Below, piece after piece: positions 28,985 through 39,735 of a DNA stretch of 64,000 bases; position 1 is the stretch's first letter, and each line of letters opens with the position of its first letter. The notes under the pieces are model-generated. The model worked only from the letters and a program-made list of their open reading frames with translations. It was not told where the DNA came from and ran no database searches. This DNA comes from Candidatus Eiseniibacteriota bacterium (GTDB lineage: Bacteria > Eisenbacteria > RBG-16-71-46 > CAIMUX01 > VGJL01). A program made the position numbers and the translations under genes. The stretch spans positions 256,001 through 320,000 of the forward strand of contig JBHGAY010000001.1 of the NCBI GenBank assembly GCA_041946735.1, in the 5' to 3' direction.

Positions 28985-29962
28985 ATGATCCAGATTCGGA
29001 AGGCCGCCATCTTCGGGGCAGGGGGAGCGACCGGCTACTGGATCGCCCGCGAGCTGCGGTCTCGGGGGATCCCGACGCGCGTCGTCGGGCGCGACCGCGA
29101 GCGGCTGCGCGCCCGCTTCGACGGCACGGGCGCCGAAATGGTCGCCGCGGATGTCGCCGATCTCGACGCCGCCCGCCACGCCGCCGCCGGCTGCTCGCTG
29201 CTCGTTCACTGCATCGGGCTTCCCTATCCGGAGTTTGCACGCCATCCGGTCCTCGCGCGAAGGACCGTCGAGGCGGCGCACTCCGCAGGCGCGCGCATCC
29301 TGCAGGTCAGCAGCTACTACTCCTACGAGCCGGTCGTTTCCAACCCGGTCACGGAGGCGCATCCGAGGAATCCCCGTTCCTGGATCGCTCGGATGCGGAA
29401 GGAGGCGGAGGACATCCTGCTCGACGCGGGCGCCGCGGTGACCCACCTTCCCGATTTCTATGGTCCTCAGGCGGATCTCTCGCTCGCGAACCCTGCGATC
29501 CGCGCCATCCTGCAAGGCAAGCGCGCGGATTGGATCGCCCCGCTCGACGTGCCGCGGCAGTTTCTCTTCGTTCCCGACGCCGCCCCGATTCTCGTCTCGC
29601 TCGCCCTGCGCGAGGAGGCGTACGGGCAACGTTGGAACGTCGCGACGACGGGGGCGATTCCCGCCCAGCAGTTCCTCGAGATCGCTGGCCGTCTCTCCGG
29701 CAAGCCGGTACGCGTCCGCGCGGCCGGACGGAACCTCCTTCGGATGGCGGGGCTCTTTCGCCCCTTCCTCCGTTTCCTCGCGCAGCTCTACCCGCTCTAC
29801 GCCCACCCGCCGATCCTCGACGCCTCGAAGATCGGGGCGCTCCTCGGTCCCTTCGAATCGACCCCATACGAAGAAGGGATCCGCCGGACCCTCGACTGGA
29901 TGACCGCGTCCTCCTCCGTTTCCGCCGCGACGGGGCCTGCCCCGCCGCCCGCCGATCGGTAG
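28985..29962 (+). CDS. NAD-dependent epimerase/dehydratase family protein
   Basis: IFGAGGATG Rossmann motif, LPDFYGP, FVPDAA, TPYEEGI. Confidence 0.85.
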   Translation: MIQIRKAAIFGAGGATGYWIARELRSRGIPTRVVGRDRERLRARFDGTGAEMVAADVADLDAARHAAAGCSLLVHCIGLPYPEFARHPVLARRTVEAAHSAGARILQVSSYYSYEPVVSNPVTEAHPRNPRSWIARMRKEAEDILLDAGAAVTHLPDFYGPQADLSLANPAIRAILQGKRADWIAPLDVPRQFLFVPDAAPILVSLALREEAYGQRWNVATTGAIPAQQFLEIAGRLSGKPVRVRAAGRNLLRMAGLFRPFLRFLAQLYPLYAHPPILDASKIGALLGPFESTPYEEGIRRTLDWMTASSSVSAATGPAPPPADR

Positions 29963-29982
29963 AATCCCGTAGAATCGCGAGG

Positions 29983-30699
29983 ATGGAAGCGGCAAGAGAC
30001 AGAGACGGGGAAAGCCGGCGCGGCGCGGGAAGCTCGCTTCCGCAGGCTATTGAGTCGCTCCGCGACGCGCTCGCCGGGCCGCTCCCCGGGACCGCCTCCC
30101 ATGGCCTCGTCATGCCTCCCGGGCTGCCGCGGCGTGCGATCCCGGCCGGCGCCGAGTATCAGAAGGCCGCAGTGCTCCTCGCTCTCCATCCCGGAGGAGA
30201 CGGCGGGACGGATAGTTTTCGCTTTCCTCTCATCCGGCGCCCGGACGGGATCCTCCACCATCCCGGCCAGATCTCCCTGCCGGGCGGCCGCCTCGACGAG
30301 TGCGAGGAGCCACGGGTGTGCGCATTGCGCGAGGCGTGGGAGGAGGTCGGCATCGATCCCTCGGAGGTCGAGGTCCTCGGCCGCCTGACGCCGATCGCGA
30401 TTCCGGTGACGCTCTACGAGGTCGAGGCGTTCGTCGGCTGGATCCCTCGCCCGCCCCGCTTCCGCCTTCAGGAGGAGGAGGTGGCGGAGCTGCTCTCGGC
30501 CGACCCCGACCGGCTCGCCGTCGAAGGTCCCACCCTTTTCGTCGAGCGCGTGCGGGACGGCGGAAGCTTCCGCTTCCCCGCCTACGACGTAGCGGGCTGG
30601 AAGGTCTGGGGCGCGACCGCGCTCCTGCTGTCGGAATTCCTGGAGATCTGGAGGGCCCGAGTGCGGCGCGCGATGCCGCCCGGAGGGAGGAACGCGTGA
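29983..30699 (+). CDS. CoA pyrophosphatase (Nudix, NudL-like)
   Basis: AAVLL, HPGQISLPGG..E....ALREAWEEVG, VWGATA. Confidence 0.9.
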   Translation: MEAARDRDGESRRGAGSSLPQAIESLRDALAGPLPGTASHGLVMPPGLPRRAIPAGAEYQKAAVLLALHPGGDGGTDSFRFPLIRRPDGILHHPGQISLPGGRLDECEEPRVCALREAWEEVGIDPSEVEVLGRLTPIAIPVTLYEVEAFVGWIPRPPRFRLQEEEVAELLSADPDRLAVEGPTLFVERVRDGGSFRFPAYDVAGWKVWGATALLLSEFLEIWRARVRRAMPPGGRNA

Positions 30700-31916
30700 C
30701 CGACCGCGAGACGAGCCGCGAGGCGACCGACGCTCCGGAAATTGCGCCGGGGCTGTTCCATCGATTCTTCGAGGACAGCACCGATGCGATCGTCGTCACC
30801 GATCGCGAAGGGAAGATCCTGACGGCGAACCCGGCATGGCTGTCCCTCTACGGCTACCGGCTGGAGGAAGTCGCGGGCCGGAGCACGTCGATCGTCAAGA
30901 GCCCGCACACCACGCCGGAGATGTACCGCTACATGTGGTCGAAGATCGGCGATCCGTCCCAGGGATTCTGGAAGGGGGAGATCGTCAACCGCAAACGCGA
31001 CGGCACCGAGGTCCCGGTACTGCTCACGATCACGCCGATCCGCGACCGGGACGGCGGGATCGCCGGCTACACCGGCATCGGGATCGACATGACGGAGCGG
31101 CGGCGGGCCGAGGAGATGCGCGAACTCTACGAGATGGTGGTGCGCCACGACCTGAAGACGCCGCTCGGGTCGATCCTCGCGCTCGCGGAGACGCTGCGCG
31201 AGGGATACGCGGGGCCTCTCGACGAGCGCCAGCGCGATCTCGTCTCGCGGATCGTCGGTTCGGCGCTGCGCATGCGGGAGATGATCGAGACCGGGTTGGA
31301 CCTGAAGCGCTTCGAGCGTGGAGTGCTGCGGCTGGATCCAGCGGACATCGATCTCCTCGACATCGTGCGCCGCAGCGCCGACGGATTGGCGCCTCTGGCG
31401 CGGGAGCGTGAGGTCGTGGTCGCCGTGATGGCGGGCGGCGGGCGGGCGGCGCGTCCGGAGGATCGGCTGCCGCTTCGCGCCGATCCCGTACACCTGCAGC
31501 GGGCGATCGACAACCTCGTGAAGAACGCGATCGAGGCGTCTCCGCGGGGGGGCGATGTCGTTGTGACGGCGGCGGAGGTGAAGAGGGCAGATGCGGGCCC
31601 GGGCACGAGCCCGGGCGCGAGCGCGGGCGCGGCCCCGGGCGCCGGCGCGGCCGCAAGCGCCGGCGCGGGCGCGCCCGAGGCGCGGAGGGTCCGCATTGCA
31701 GTCCACAACGGCGGGGCGCCGATCCCGCCGGACGTGCGCGCGACGCTCTTCCATCCGTTCAGCACGTACGGCAAGAGAGGCGGCACCGGCCTCGGGATCT
31801 ACGGCGTCCGCACGATCGTCGAAGCGATGGGCGGCACGGTCTCCTACGACAGCGGCGAGGACGGAACGACGTTCGAGATCGTCCTGCCGGCGGAGGCGGG
31901 CGGGGGCCTGGATTGA
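30696..31916 (+). CDS. PAS-domain sensor histidine kinase
   Basis: PAS/PAC (NPAW..LYGY, WKGEIVNRKRDG), HDLKTPL, NLVKNAIEA, GGTGLG; GTGA overlap. Confidence 0.92.
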   Translation: MTDRETSREATDAPEIAPGLFHRFFEDSTDAIVVTDREGKILTANPAWLSLYGYRLEEVAGRSTSIVKSPHTTPEMYRYMWSKIGDPSQGFWKGEIVNRKRDGTEVPVLLTITPIRDRDGGIAGYTGIGIDMTERRRAEEMRELYEMVVRHDLKTPLGSILALAETLREGYAGPLDERQRDLVSRIVGSALRMREMIETGLDLKRFERGVLRLDPADIDLLDIVRRSADGLAPLAREREVVVAVMAGGGRAARPEDRLPLRADPVHLQRAIDNLVKNAIEASPRGGDVVVTAAEVKRADAGPGTSPGASAGAAPGAGAAASAGAGAPEARRVRIAVHNGGAPIPPDVRATLFHPFSTYGKRGGTGLGIYGVRTIVEAMGGTVSYDSGEDGTTFEIVLPAEAGGGLD

Positions 31917-31979
31917 CGCCGGAACGCCCCGCCGGCCTTGGCCCGCAGGGCGCGACGGTCCCTGCGATCCGCAGCTGAC

Positions 31980-32031
31980 AATCGGTAGCCTGGGCAATCC
32001 CGGCTAATCGGTAGCCTGGGCAATCCCGGCT
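31980..32031. repeat. Perfect 26-bp tandem duplication containing a hairpin, between convergent genes
   Basis: AATCGGTAGCCTGGGCAATCCCGGCT x2; TAGCC-T-GGG/CCC-GGCTA stem. Confidence 0.9.
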
Positions 32032-33157
32032 AGGAGTTCACCCTCGCGGGCGCCGGCTCCGCGCCCCAAAGTCCGGCCATCCCGAGCGTCTGCTCCGCCT
32101 CCTCGAGCCGGCCGTCCATCCGCCGCTGCTTGAGGATGAACGCGTACGCCGGCGGTCCGGCGACGACGTGCATCGTCGCGGAGAGCAGGAGCTTCAGCGG
32201 CTTCGGCCGCATGACGATCTCACTTGCGAGCGCCGCGACCGCGATCTTGCGCGCGACCGGCATCTCCCGCAGGAACGTCTTCTTCGGGCGGAACGCCTTC
32301 TGCTTGAGGAAGACGAGATCGATCGCCTCCCCCACCTCCTCCATGAACTCGAGGAAGCCGGCGTGGCGCGGGACGGCGCGCGAGACCCCGGCGCGGATGT
32401 TCTGGAGGAACTCCTCCGGGGTGCGCCCGGGCGCCATCGTGTACGCCTTGGCGACGCGGCCGGTATGCGAGTCGGAGGTGGCGACGACCTCCTTGCCGAA
32501 ACGCCGCGAGAGGTCGAGCGTGCGACGGTTCAGCTGCGGGATGCGGCCGGCGTTGAGCTCGATCACCGGGAACTGGTGGATCAGCTCCGTAATGACCTCG
32601 AGCCGACCGCGCTCGCGCCGTTCGAACCAGAACGGATGGTTGTAGGCGTGGTAGAGCGACTCGTCGCGGCAGAAGGCGAGGAAGTCGTCGACGGAGTGGC
32701 GGCGCCGCGCCAGCTCGAGCCACTGCCGCTGGTCGAGGCCGAGGATGTTCACGTGGATCGTATGGCCGATTCTCGGATCGCGGACCTTGATCTCGATCCC
32801 GTTGATGACCGGAATCGGCGGCTCGTCGCCGAAGTCGCGCTCCAGCTCTCGCCGCAGCGCGACGACACCGCGAATCGTCTCGTGATCGGTCAGCGTGAAG
32901 AACCCCATCCCGCGCGCGACCGCCTTCTCGTAGAGGGCCCGCGGCGACAGCTCCGGAAGGTTCAGGACGTCGTAGGAGTAGTTGGAGTGAAGATGGAGAT
33001 CCGCCTTCCGGTACTCCAGCCCGGGACGGTACGCGGAGCCATCGATCGGCGTGCAGCGACGATCCTTGCTCGCCGCGCCGGAGCGTGTCGCGATCGGTCG
33101 GGAAGTCTGCGGGGTGTCGGAAGCGGGAGAGGGAAAGGGAGCCGGCGACAGGGCCAT
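32030..33157 (-). CDS. PHP-domain metal-dependent phosphoesterase
   Basis: DLHLHS, TLTDHET, NGIE, HVNILG, NHPF, SDSH. Confidence 0.85.
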   Translation of the reverse strand: MALSPAPFPSPASDTPQTSRPIATRSGAASKDRRCTPIDGSAYRPGLEYRKADLHLHSNYSYDVLNLPELSPRALYEKAVARGMGFFTLTDHETIRGVVALRRELERDFGDEPPIPVINGIEIKVRDPRIGHTIHVNILGLDQRQWLELARRRHSVDDFLAFCRDESLYHAYNHPFWFERRERGRLEVITELIHQFPVIELNAGRIPQLNRRTLDLSRRFGKEVVATSDSHTGRVAKAYTMAPGRTPEEFLQNIRAGVSRAVPRHAGFLEFMEEVGEAIDLVFLKQKAFRPKKTFLREMPVARKIAVAALASEIVMRPKPLKLLLSATMHVVAGPPAYAFILKQRRMDGRLEEAEQTLGMAGLWGAEPAPARVNS

Positions 33158-33383
33158 CCGATGAGTTCCTCCAAGTCAGCAGCGCACTGGATCGCACATG
33201 CGGCCAGCGACCCCTCAGTGTATCGGCGAGAGGATGAAATCCTCGTAAAGAATCTTCGGAAATTCCCGGCTGGCGCGGCCGGCACGCGGGTGGGCCGGGT
33301 CCGCCGGCGCCGCCGGTGAGTCGCGCCGAGCGGGGAGGGGTCCGCCGCGGAATTCCGCGGCGCGCGCGCCAGCCGGCCGGTCA

Positions 33384-33773
33384 TTAGCGCAACGCCAGAA
33401 AGAGATAGACCCAGTTCGCGGCGAGGAGGATCAAGAGGACGCCCAGGGCCCGGCCGCGCGTGAACGAGCGCCCGAAGCCGGGCGGAATCCGATGCGCCCA
33501 CGGAATCACGGCGAGCGAGGCGACCGCGAGCAGCGCCGCGGCCGCCGCAGCGAAGACGACCAGCGGATTCGCCCGGGCGGCCGCTTCCCATCGGCCGGCG
33601 AGGAGCGCGGAGACGGCGGTCGTCCCGCCGCATGCCGGGCACGGGATCCCGGTCAGGAGTCGTAGCGGACAGCTCGCCATCCTCGCGAACGGGGTGAAAC
33701 GGAAGAACGCCAAGGCGGCGGCAGCCGCGCCGGCGACGGCGAGGGGCAGGACGAGCAGGTCGGTGCGGCGCAT
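33384..33773 (-). CDS. DUF2752-family membrane protein
   Basis: CPLRLLTGIPCPACGGT..A..NPL..NW motif. Confidence 0.85.
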   Translation of the reverse strand: MRRTDLLVLPLAVAGAAAAALAFFRFTPFARMASCPLRLLTGIPCPACGGTTAVSALLAGRWEAAARANPLVVFAAAAAALLAVASLAVIPWAHRIPPGFGRSFTRGRALGVLLILLAANWVYLFLALR

Positions 33774-33787
33774 GGAGCGGCGGCGGG

Positions 33788-34456
33788 CTACGCCTCTTCC
33801 GCCCGCCGAACTTCCTCCACGAACCTCCGGTGCACGACCGGGGGATCGCTCAGCTCCGGATGGAAGCTGCCTCCCCAGATCGTCCCCTGGCGCACGAGGG
33901 CCGGCTCCCCCGCATGCTCGCCGAGCACCTCGACCCCTTCGCCGACGCGGACGATCCGCGGAGCGCGGATGAAGACCATCTCCAGCGGCTCGGGCGGGCC
34001 GCCGTTCCATCGCACCCGCCCTCCGGCAATGAAGCTGTCGACCTGCCGGCCGTACGCGTTGCGCCGGACCGTCACGTCGAGCAGACCGAGAGAGGGTTGC
34101 GGAGGATCGAGCACCTCGCGCGCCAGAAGGATCAGGCCCGCGCAAGTCCCCCAGATCGGCCGCCCGCGCCGGTGGAATCGCTCGATCGCCTCGACGAAGC
34201 CGTACTCCTCCATCAGGCGCAGGAAGGTCGTGCTCTCGCCCCCCGGCAGGATGAGCCCGCGCGCTGCGTCGAGCTGCTCGGGGCGGCGCACCTCGATCGG
34301 CGCGCCGCCGGCTTGATCGATCGCCCGCAGGTGGGCCGCAAAGTCCCCCTGCAAAGCGAGGACTCCGATCGGCACCGGGCCGGGGCGCGGCGGCGCTTGC
34401 GATGCTCGCGGCGCTCGCCGTTCCTGGGGGCGACTCTGCGCGCCGGATTCCGTCAC
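33788..34456 (-). CDS. pdxT: PLP synthase glutaminase subunit
   Basis: IGVLALQG, PGGESTT, GTCAGLI, RNAYGRQ..SF, FIRAP, FHPEL. Confidence 0.96.
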   Translation of the reverse strand: MTESGAQSRPQERRAPRASQAPPRPGPVPIGVLALQGDFAAHLRAIDQAGGAPIEVRRPEQLDAARGLILPGGESTTFLRLMEEYGFVEAIERFHRRGRPIWGTCAGLILLAREVLDPPQPSLGLLDVTVRRNAYGRQVDSFIAGGRVRWNGGPPEPLEMVFIRAPRIVRVGEGVEVLGEHAGEPALVRQGTIWGGSFHPELSDPPVVHRRFVEEVRRAEEA

Positions 34457-34460
34457 TCCT

Positions 34461-35342
34461 TCACCATCCCCTCGTCTGAAGCAGCTCGCTCTCGGGCATC
34501 TTCGCCACGTCGAGTCCCGGCATCGCGTCGCCCAGATCCTCGCTGACCTCGGCCAGCACGGCCGGATCGTTGAAGTGCGTCGTCGCGCGAACGATCGCCT
34601 TCGCGCGACGCGCCGGGTCCTCGCTCTTGAAGATGCCGCTGCCGACGAACACCGACTCCGCGCCCAGCTGCATCATCAGCGCGGCGTCGGCCGGAGTGGC
34701 GATCCCACCCGCCGAGAAGTTCGGCACCGGGAGCTTGCCGCTCTTCGCCACCATCCGCACCAGCTCGAATGGGGCGCCCATCTCCTTCGCCTTCGCCATC
34801 AGCTCCTCGTCACGGAGGATCGTGAGCTCCCGCATTCCACGGGTGATCGCGCGCATGTGGCGAACCGCCTCGACGACGTTGCCGGTCCCCGCCTCGCCCT
34901 TGGTGCGGATCATCGCCGCCCCCTCGCCGATCCTGCGGAGAGCCTCGCCCAGGTCGCGGCAGCCGCAGACGAACGGCACCTTGAAGGCGAACTTGTCGAC
35001 ATGGTGCGCTTCGTCGGCGGGGGTCAAGACCTCGCTCTCGTCGATGAAATCGACCCCGAGCGCCTCGAGGATCTGCGCCTCCACGAAATGGCCGATCCGG
35101 CACTTCGCCATCACCGGAATCGTCACCGCGGCCATGATCTCCTTGATCTTCTTCGGACTCGCCATCCGAGCGACCCCGCCATCCCGCCGGATGTCAGCGG
35201 GCACCCTCTCGAGCGCCATCACCGCGACCGCCCCCGCCTCCTCGGCGATCTTCGCCTGGTCGGCGTTGACGACGTCCATGATGACCCCGCCCTTCAGCAT
35301 CTCCGCGAGCCCGGTCTTCAGTCTCAACGTTCCCGTCTCCAT
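34461..35342 (-). CDS. pdxS: PLP synthase lyase subunit
   Basis: [56 protein letters not shown]. Confidence 0.97.
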   Translation of the reverse strand: METGTLRLKTGLAEMLKGGVIMDVVNADQAKIAEEAGAVAVMALERVPADIRRDGGVARMASPKKIKEIMAAVTIPVMAKCRIGHFVEAQILEALGVDFIDESEVLTPADEAHHVDKFAFKVPFVCGCRDLGEALRRIGEGAAMIRTKGEAGTGNVVEAVRHMRAITRGMRELTILRDEELMAKAKEMGAPFELVRMVAKSGKLPVPNFSAGGIATPADAALMMQLGAESVFVGSGIFKSEDPARRAKAIVRATTHFNDPAVLAEVSEDLGDAMPGLDVAKMPESELLQTRGW

Positions 35343-35410
35343 CTCTCTTCTTCCTGTTCTCGATCCCAGCCGGATCGGTTGCGTACGCTCGAAGCGTTCG
35401 GTCTCGAGAT

Positions 35411-35477
35411 TCGATCGATCTTTCCATCCAGCCAGCAATCCATCCATCCATCCAGCCAGCCAGCCATCGATCGATCC
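35411..35477. repeat. Tetranucleotide microsatellite (CCAT/CCAG)n flanked by GATCGATC
   Basis: ccatccagccagcaatccatccatccatccagccagccagccat. Confidence 0.8.
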
Positions 35478-35523
35478 GCATCTCCTCGACCCACGGTCTC
35501 TCCGGAGATTCGCGATTCGCGCC

Positions 35524-37107
35524 TCAGAGAATCGGGGCCGCGGCGGCCCGCTCGCGGCCCGACCGGCCGGAACGCGCGCCGAGATCCCGGATCGTGTCAG
35601 CGAGCAGCCGGGTCCCCTCGCGAATCCGCTCCTCGCTCTCACGGACGAAGCTCAGCCGCAGCCCGTCACGCCCGCCGCCCGCCGGGCAGAACGCGGTCCC
35701 GGGAGTCAGAGCGAGGCCACGGCGCAGCGCTTCCTCCGCGACCTCCTCCGAATCGACACCGGACGGAAGCCACAGCCACAGCGCCATCCCGCCGGTCGGC
35801 CGCGTCCAGCGCGCCTCGCGAGGCATCGCCGCCTCCAGGGCATCGAGCATCGCGACCAGGCGGCGGCGATTGCGGGCGCGCACGCGCTCGAGATGCGCGT
35901 CGAGGTGGCCGCGACGGCAGAACTCGTCGAGCGCCATCTGGGTGAGCAGTCCGCCCGAGAGATCGGCGCACACCTTCATCTCCGAAAACGGTCCCAGCAG
36001 CGCCTCGGGCACGACCATCCATCCTACCCGCAGCCCCGGGAAGAGGATCTTGCTGAAGGTCCCGAGCAGGACGACGTTCTGCGGGGATCCGTGCGAAAGG
36101 AGCGGCGGCGGCGCATCCCCCCGATAGTCCAACTCGGCGTCGAAATGGTCCTCGACCACCGGCAGCTTGCGCTCCGCGGAGAGCGAGAGCAGCCTCTCCC
36201 GGCGCTCGGCGGAGAGGTTCAAGCCGGTCGGATTCTGGAAGACCGGCATCGTGTAGAGCATTCCCGCGTCGGTCTCGTCGAGAACCCGCTCGAGCCGGTC
36301 GATGCGAAGACCTTCGGCATCCAGAGGCACGGCGGCGACCGGAAGGCGCAGGGCGCGCGCCGTCCGGAGGGCCAGGTGGTATGTCGGCTCCTCGAGGATC
36401 AGCGTCCGCCCCTTCGGCACCAGCATGCGGAAGACGAGATCCAGCCCCTGCTGCGAGCCGTTGACGAGGAGCACCTGCGACGGATCGACGCGGACCGACT
36501 GGCGGGCGAGGCGCTCCGCGATCAGCTCGCGAAGCGGCCCGTATCCGTCGGGCGGACCGTAGTCGAGGCTGCGCGCTCCCTCGCGGTCGAGAACCTCCTC
36601 GAGGACCGACCGGAACTCGTCGATCGGGAATCCGTCCGGATCGGCCGTCGGAGAGGTGAAACGGATCGTCCACGCCGGGGCCTGCGTCTCGCTCTTCGCC
36701 TCGGGACGCGGCAGTTCCTCGATCCTCGACGACCAGAAGCCGTCCCCCTCGGCGTCCGCGAGGACGCCGGCGCCGGTCCCGGGACGGCTCTGCACGAGGT
36801 TGGCATCGCCGCCGAAACCCAGGGCCCGACCGGTCACATAGGTCCCGGACCCCACGCCGCTGCGCACCCAGCCCTGAAGGCGCAGCCAACGATACGCCTC
36901 GACGACGGTGGCCCGGTTGACCGATAGCGCGTCGGACAGCTCTCGCGTGGCAGGCAGCTTCGCGCCGACCGGGAGCCGCCCGGAGGCCATCTGCTGGCGC
37001 AGGATCTCGCCGAGCTGCAAGTAGAGCGGCTTGTCACCGGACCGATCCAATTGGATCGAATCGACCAGGTGATCGCCGGCATTGGTTGGCCTACGCTTCG
37101 CGCCCAT
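35524..37107 (-). CDS. MocR/GntR-family PLP-dependent transcriptional regulator (PdxR-like)
   Basis: PLYLQL..LPATREL..VNRATV..AY w[35 protein letters not shown]; start uncertain. Confidence 0.9.
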   Translation of the reverse strand: MGAKRRPTNAGDHLVDSIQLDRSGDKPLYLQLGEILRQQMASGRLPVGAKLPATRELSDALSVNRATVVEAYRWLRLQGWVRSGVGSGTYVTGRALGFGGDANLVQSRPGTGAGVLADAEGDGFWSSRIEELPRPEAKSETQAPAWTIRFTSPTADPDGFPIDEFRSVLEEVLDREGARSLDYGPPDGYGPLRELIAERLARQSVRVDPSQVLLVNGSQQGLDLVFRMLVPKGRTLILEEPTYHLALRTARALRLPVAAVPLDAEGLRIDRLERVLDETDAGMLYTMPVFQNPTGLNLSAERRERLLSLSAERKLPVVEDHFDAELDYRGDAPPPLLSHGSPQNVVLLGTFSKILFPGLRVGWMVVPEALLGPFSEMKVCADLSGGLLTQMALDEFCRRGHLDAHLERVRARNRRRLVAMLDALEAAMPREARWTRPTGGMALWLWLPSGVDSEEVAEEALRRGLALTPGTAFCPAGGGRDGLRLSFVRESEERIREGTRLLADTIRDLGARSGRSGRERAAAAPIL

Positions 37108-37235
37108 CGGCCAATACGATGCCTTCCGGTCGGGCCGGTCGTCAATCCAATTCTCGCGCATACACAAATCGGACCCGTCCAATACGGCGAAACTCCCCGC
37201 TTGCTCGACGCCTGGGCGCGGCTACGCTCGGCGAC

Positions 37236-38270
37236 GTGCAGCCGCCCTCGCCGTCCGTCCTGCTGTCGTTCGTCGTCGCGGAGGAACACCATCGTCTCCG
37301 CCTCGACCGATTCCTGCAGCACGCAAGCCCCGGTTTGGGGCGCAAGCGCATCGAGCGCCTGTTGCGAATGGGAGTCGTCCGTGTGGATGGTGTGGCGCGC
37401 GACCGCCGGCACTTCGTCAAGACGGGCGAGAAGGTGGAAGTGGCGATCGAGGCGGGCGCGGAACCGGTCGGACCGCCGAGCCCGCCGATCCTCCTGGTCC
37501 GCACGCCGCATCTGCTCGCCGTCGGGAAGCCCCCGAATCTTCCGACCAATCCCGTGCGGGAAGGTGAGCCGAGCGTCCTCTCGCGGCTCGAGGAGCAGGA
37601 CGCCGCCGGTGAGTTCCCGGCGCCGGCGGCGCCGGCGGCGCCACCGCGACCGTTTCCTCCCGGCATCGTGCACCGTCTCGATCGCGACACTTCGGGGCTC
37701 CTGCTCCTCTCCCTCACGCCGGAAGCGCACCGCCTCCTCACGCAAGCGTTCCGCGACCGCTCGATCCGCAAGCGCTACCTCGCCCTGGTCGCCGGTCGGA
37801 TCCGGCCTCGCCAGGGGACGATCGACCGCCCGCTAGCGCGCGTCCCATCGGGGAGGATGCGTGTGACGGCCTCCGGGTCCGGGATGCGGGCGGTGACGCG
37901 TTACCGGACCCTCGCGTCGACAGCGGAGGCGAGTCTCCTCGAGGTCGAACCGCAGACCGGCCGCACGCATCAAATCCGCGTCCATCTCGCCTCGATCGGC
38001 CATCCGGTCGCCGGCGATCCGCTCTACGGCGAGGCCCGCACGGCGCTCGGCGCGCCGCGGCTCTGGCTCCATGCTTCGCGGATCGAGCTGCCCCCGGCGC
38101 TCGCGCTCGCTCTCGAAGCCCCCGCGGCGATCGACTGCCCGCTCTGGGAGGACCTCCGCGCGCACCTCGCAAGCCTCGGGATCCGCTCGCCGTTGGCGGA
38201 CGGAACCGGCAGCTCGCCACCGGACGGCCCGGCCGGCGGCTCGCCCGGTCAGGACGCGAGGAACACGTAG
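37236..38270 (+). CDS. RluA-family pseudouridine synthase with S4 domain
   Basis: RLDRFL, KPP, VHRLDRDTSG, KRYLALV, TGRTHQIRVH, GDPLYG, LHA; start approximate. Confidence 0.92.
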   Translation: MQPPSPSVLLSFVVAEEHHRLRLDRFLQHASPGLGRKRIERLLRMGVVRVDGVARDRRHFVKTGEKVEVAIEAGAEPVGPPSPPILLVRTPHLLAVGKPPNLPTNPVREGEPSVLSRLEEQDAAGEFPAPAAPAAPPRPFPPGIVHRLDRDTSGLLLLSLTPEAHRLLTQAFRDRSIRKRYLALVAGRIRPRQGTIDRPLARVPSGRMRVTASGSGMRAVTRYRTLASTAEASLLEVEPQTGRTHQIRVHLASIGHPVAGDPLYGEARTALGAPRLWLHASRIELPPALALALEAPAAIDCPLWEDLRAHLASLGIRSPLADGTGSSPPDGPAGGSPGQDARNT

Positions 38271-39583
38271 CGCAGGACGAACAGCAGGCCGAGCAGATAC
38301 GCGAGCGGCCGAACCTCGCGCGAGCGCCCGGCGCACGACATCACGATCGGGTACGAGACGAAGCCGATCGCGAGGCCATCGGCGATCGAGTAGGTAAGCG
38401 GGATCCCGATCGCCGCGAGGAACGCGGGGAGCGACTGCGCCGGATCGTCCCAAGGGAGCTTCGCGAGCGAACGCGCCATGAGCGACCCGACGACGATCAT
38501 CGCGGGCGCCGTGACCGGGTAGAGGAAGATCCCGGGCGCGCTTTCGTAGCCGCCGCCGATCGAAGCGACAAGCGGGCTGAAGAACAGAGCGACGAGGAAA
38601 AGGCCTGCCGTGACGACGCTCGCGAAGCCGGTCCGTCCGCCGACCTGCACACCGGCGGCGCTCTCGACGTAGGCCGTCACGGTCGACGTCCCCAGGGAGG
38701 CGCCGACGATGCTGGCTGCCGCATCGGCCGACAGCGCGCGGGTCGCTCGCGGGAGCCGGCCGTTGCGGAGCAGCCCCGCCTGCTCGCCGACGCCGATCAG
38801 GGTTCCGATGGCGTCGAAGAGCGCCATGTAGAGGAAGATCAGCACGACCGGCCAGAGATGCGGATTTCCGAGCGAGCCGAGGTCCATCTGCATCAGCGTC
38901 GGGCGGATCGAAGGTGGAGCGCTGACGATCCCATGGAAGCGGACGATCCCGCGGGCGAAACCGAAGAGCGCGGTTCCGAGGATTCCCAGCAAGATCGCCC
39001 CTCGGATGCGCCGGGCGAAGAGGATGATCGTCAAGAGCAGACCGACGAGCGCCGTCTGCGTCCCGGGATCGTGGAGGTCTCCGAGCCGGACCGGAACGAC
39101 CGGAGAGATCGGATGCCGCACCACGATGCCGCCGCTCACGAGCCCGATCAGCACGACGAAGAGGCCGATCCCGGCGGCGATCGCGTGCTTCAGCACCTCC
39201 GGGATCCCATCGAGGACCATTTCACGCACCCGCACGATGCTGAGCAATAGGAACAGGCAACCGGAGAAGAAGACCGCCGCCAGCCCCTGCTGCCACGTGA
39301 TCCCCATCGTCAGCACGGCGCCGGCGAAGAAGAAGTTCTCGCCCATTCCCGGCGCGAGCGCGATCGGATAGTTCGCGAGGAGCCCCATCAATAGCGAGCC
39401 CGCCGCCGCGGCGAGGCAGGTTGCCACGAGCAGCGCCCCGAAGTCCATACCGGTCTGAGAGAGGACGGCCGGATTGACGAAGACGATGTACGCCATCGTC
39501 AGGAACGTGGCGAGGCCGGCGGCCGCCTCGGTGCGGACCGAGGAGCCCCGGGCACGGATCCGGAAGAACGAGTCGAGGGTCAT
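38249..39583 (-). CDS. NCS2-family purine permease (AzgA/PbuG-like)
   Basis: TFLTMAYIVFVNP, LAPGMG, FDAIGT, TSTVTAYVESAAG, GGRTG, TYSIADG. Confidence 0.93.
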   Translation of the reverse strand: MTLDSFFRIRARGSSVRTEAAAGLATFLTMAYIVFVNPAVLSQTGMDFGALLVATCLAAAAGSLLMGLLANYPIALAPGMGENFFFAGAVLTMGITWQQGLAAVFFSGCLFLLLSIVRVREMVLDGIPEVLKHAIAAGIGLFVVLIGLVSGGIVVRHPISPVVPVRLGDLHDPGTQTALVGLLLTIILFARRIRGAILLGILGTALFGFARGIVRFHGIVSAPPSIRPTLMQMDLGSLGNPHLWPVVLIFLYMALFDAIGTLIGVGEQAGLLRNGRLPRATRALSADAAASIVGASLGTSTVTAYVESAAGVQVGGRTGFASVVTAGLFLVALFFSPLVASIGGGYESAPGIFLYPVTAPAMIVVGSLMARSLAKLPWDDPAQSLPAFLAAIGIPLTYSIADGLAIGFVSYPIVMSCAGRSREVRPLAYLLGLLFVLRYVFLAS

Positions 39584-39735
39584 CGCGCCTCTCTTCCGGC
39601 GCGAGAGTGTAGCACCGTGGAACGTTCGCGCAACTGTCTCGACGGTGGCGCCTCGACGGCCGAGCGGGGGCCGGACGATGACAGCCGAGGCGAGGACGGC
39701 GGGGCGGCCGGCGCCGGGCGGCCGGCCGGGCGAGG

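Noticed and set aside
31980..32031. 26-bp direct repeat as a CRISPR array
   Set aside because: Two abutting copies, no spacer, no cas genes
39584..39735. Purine riboswitch upstream of NCS2 permease
   Set aside because: No recognisable aptamer core by eye; an Rfam cmscan would be decisive
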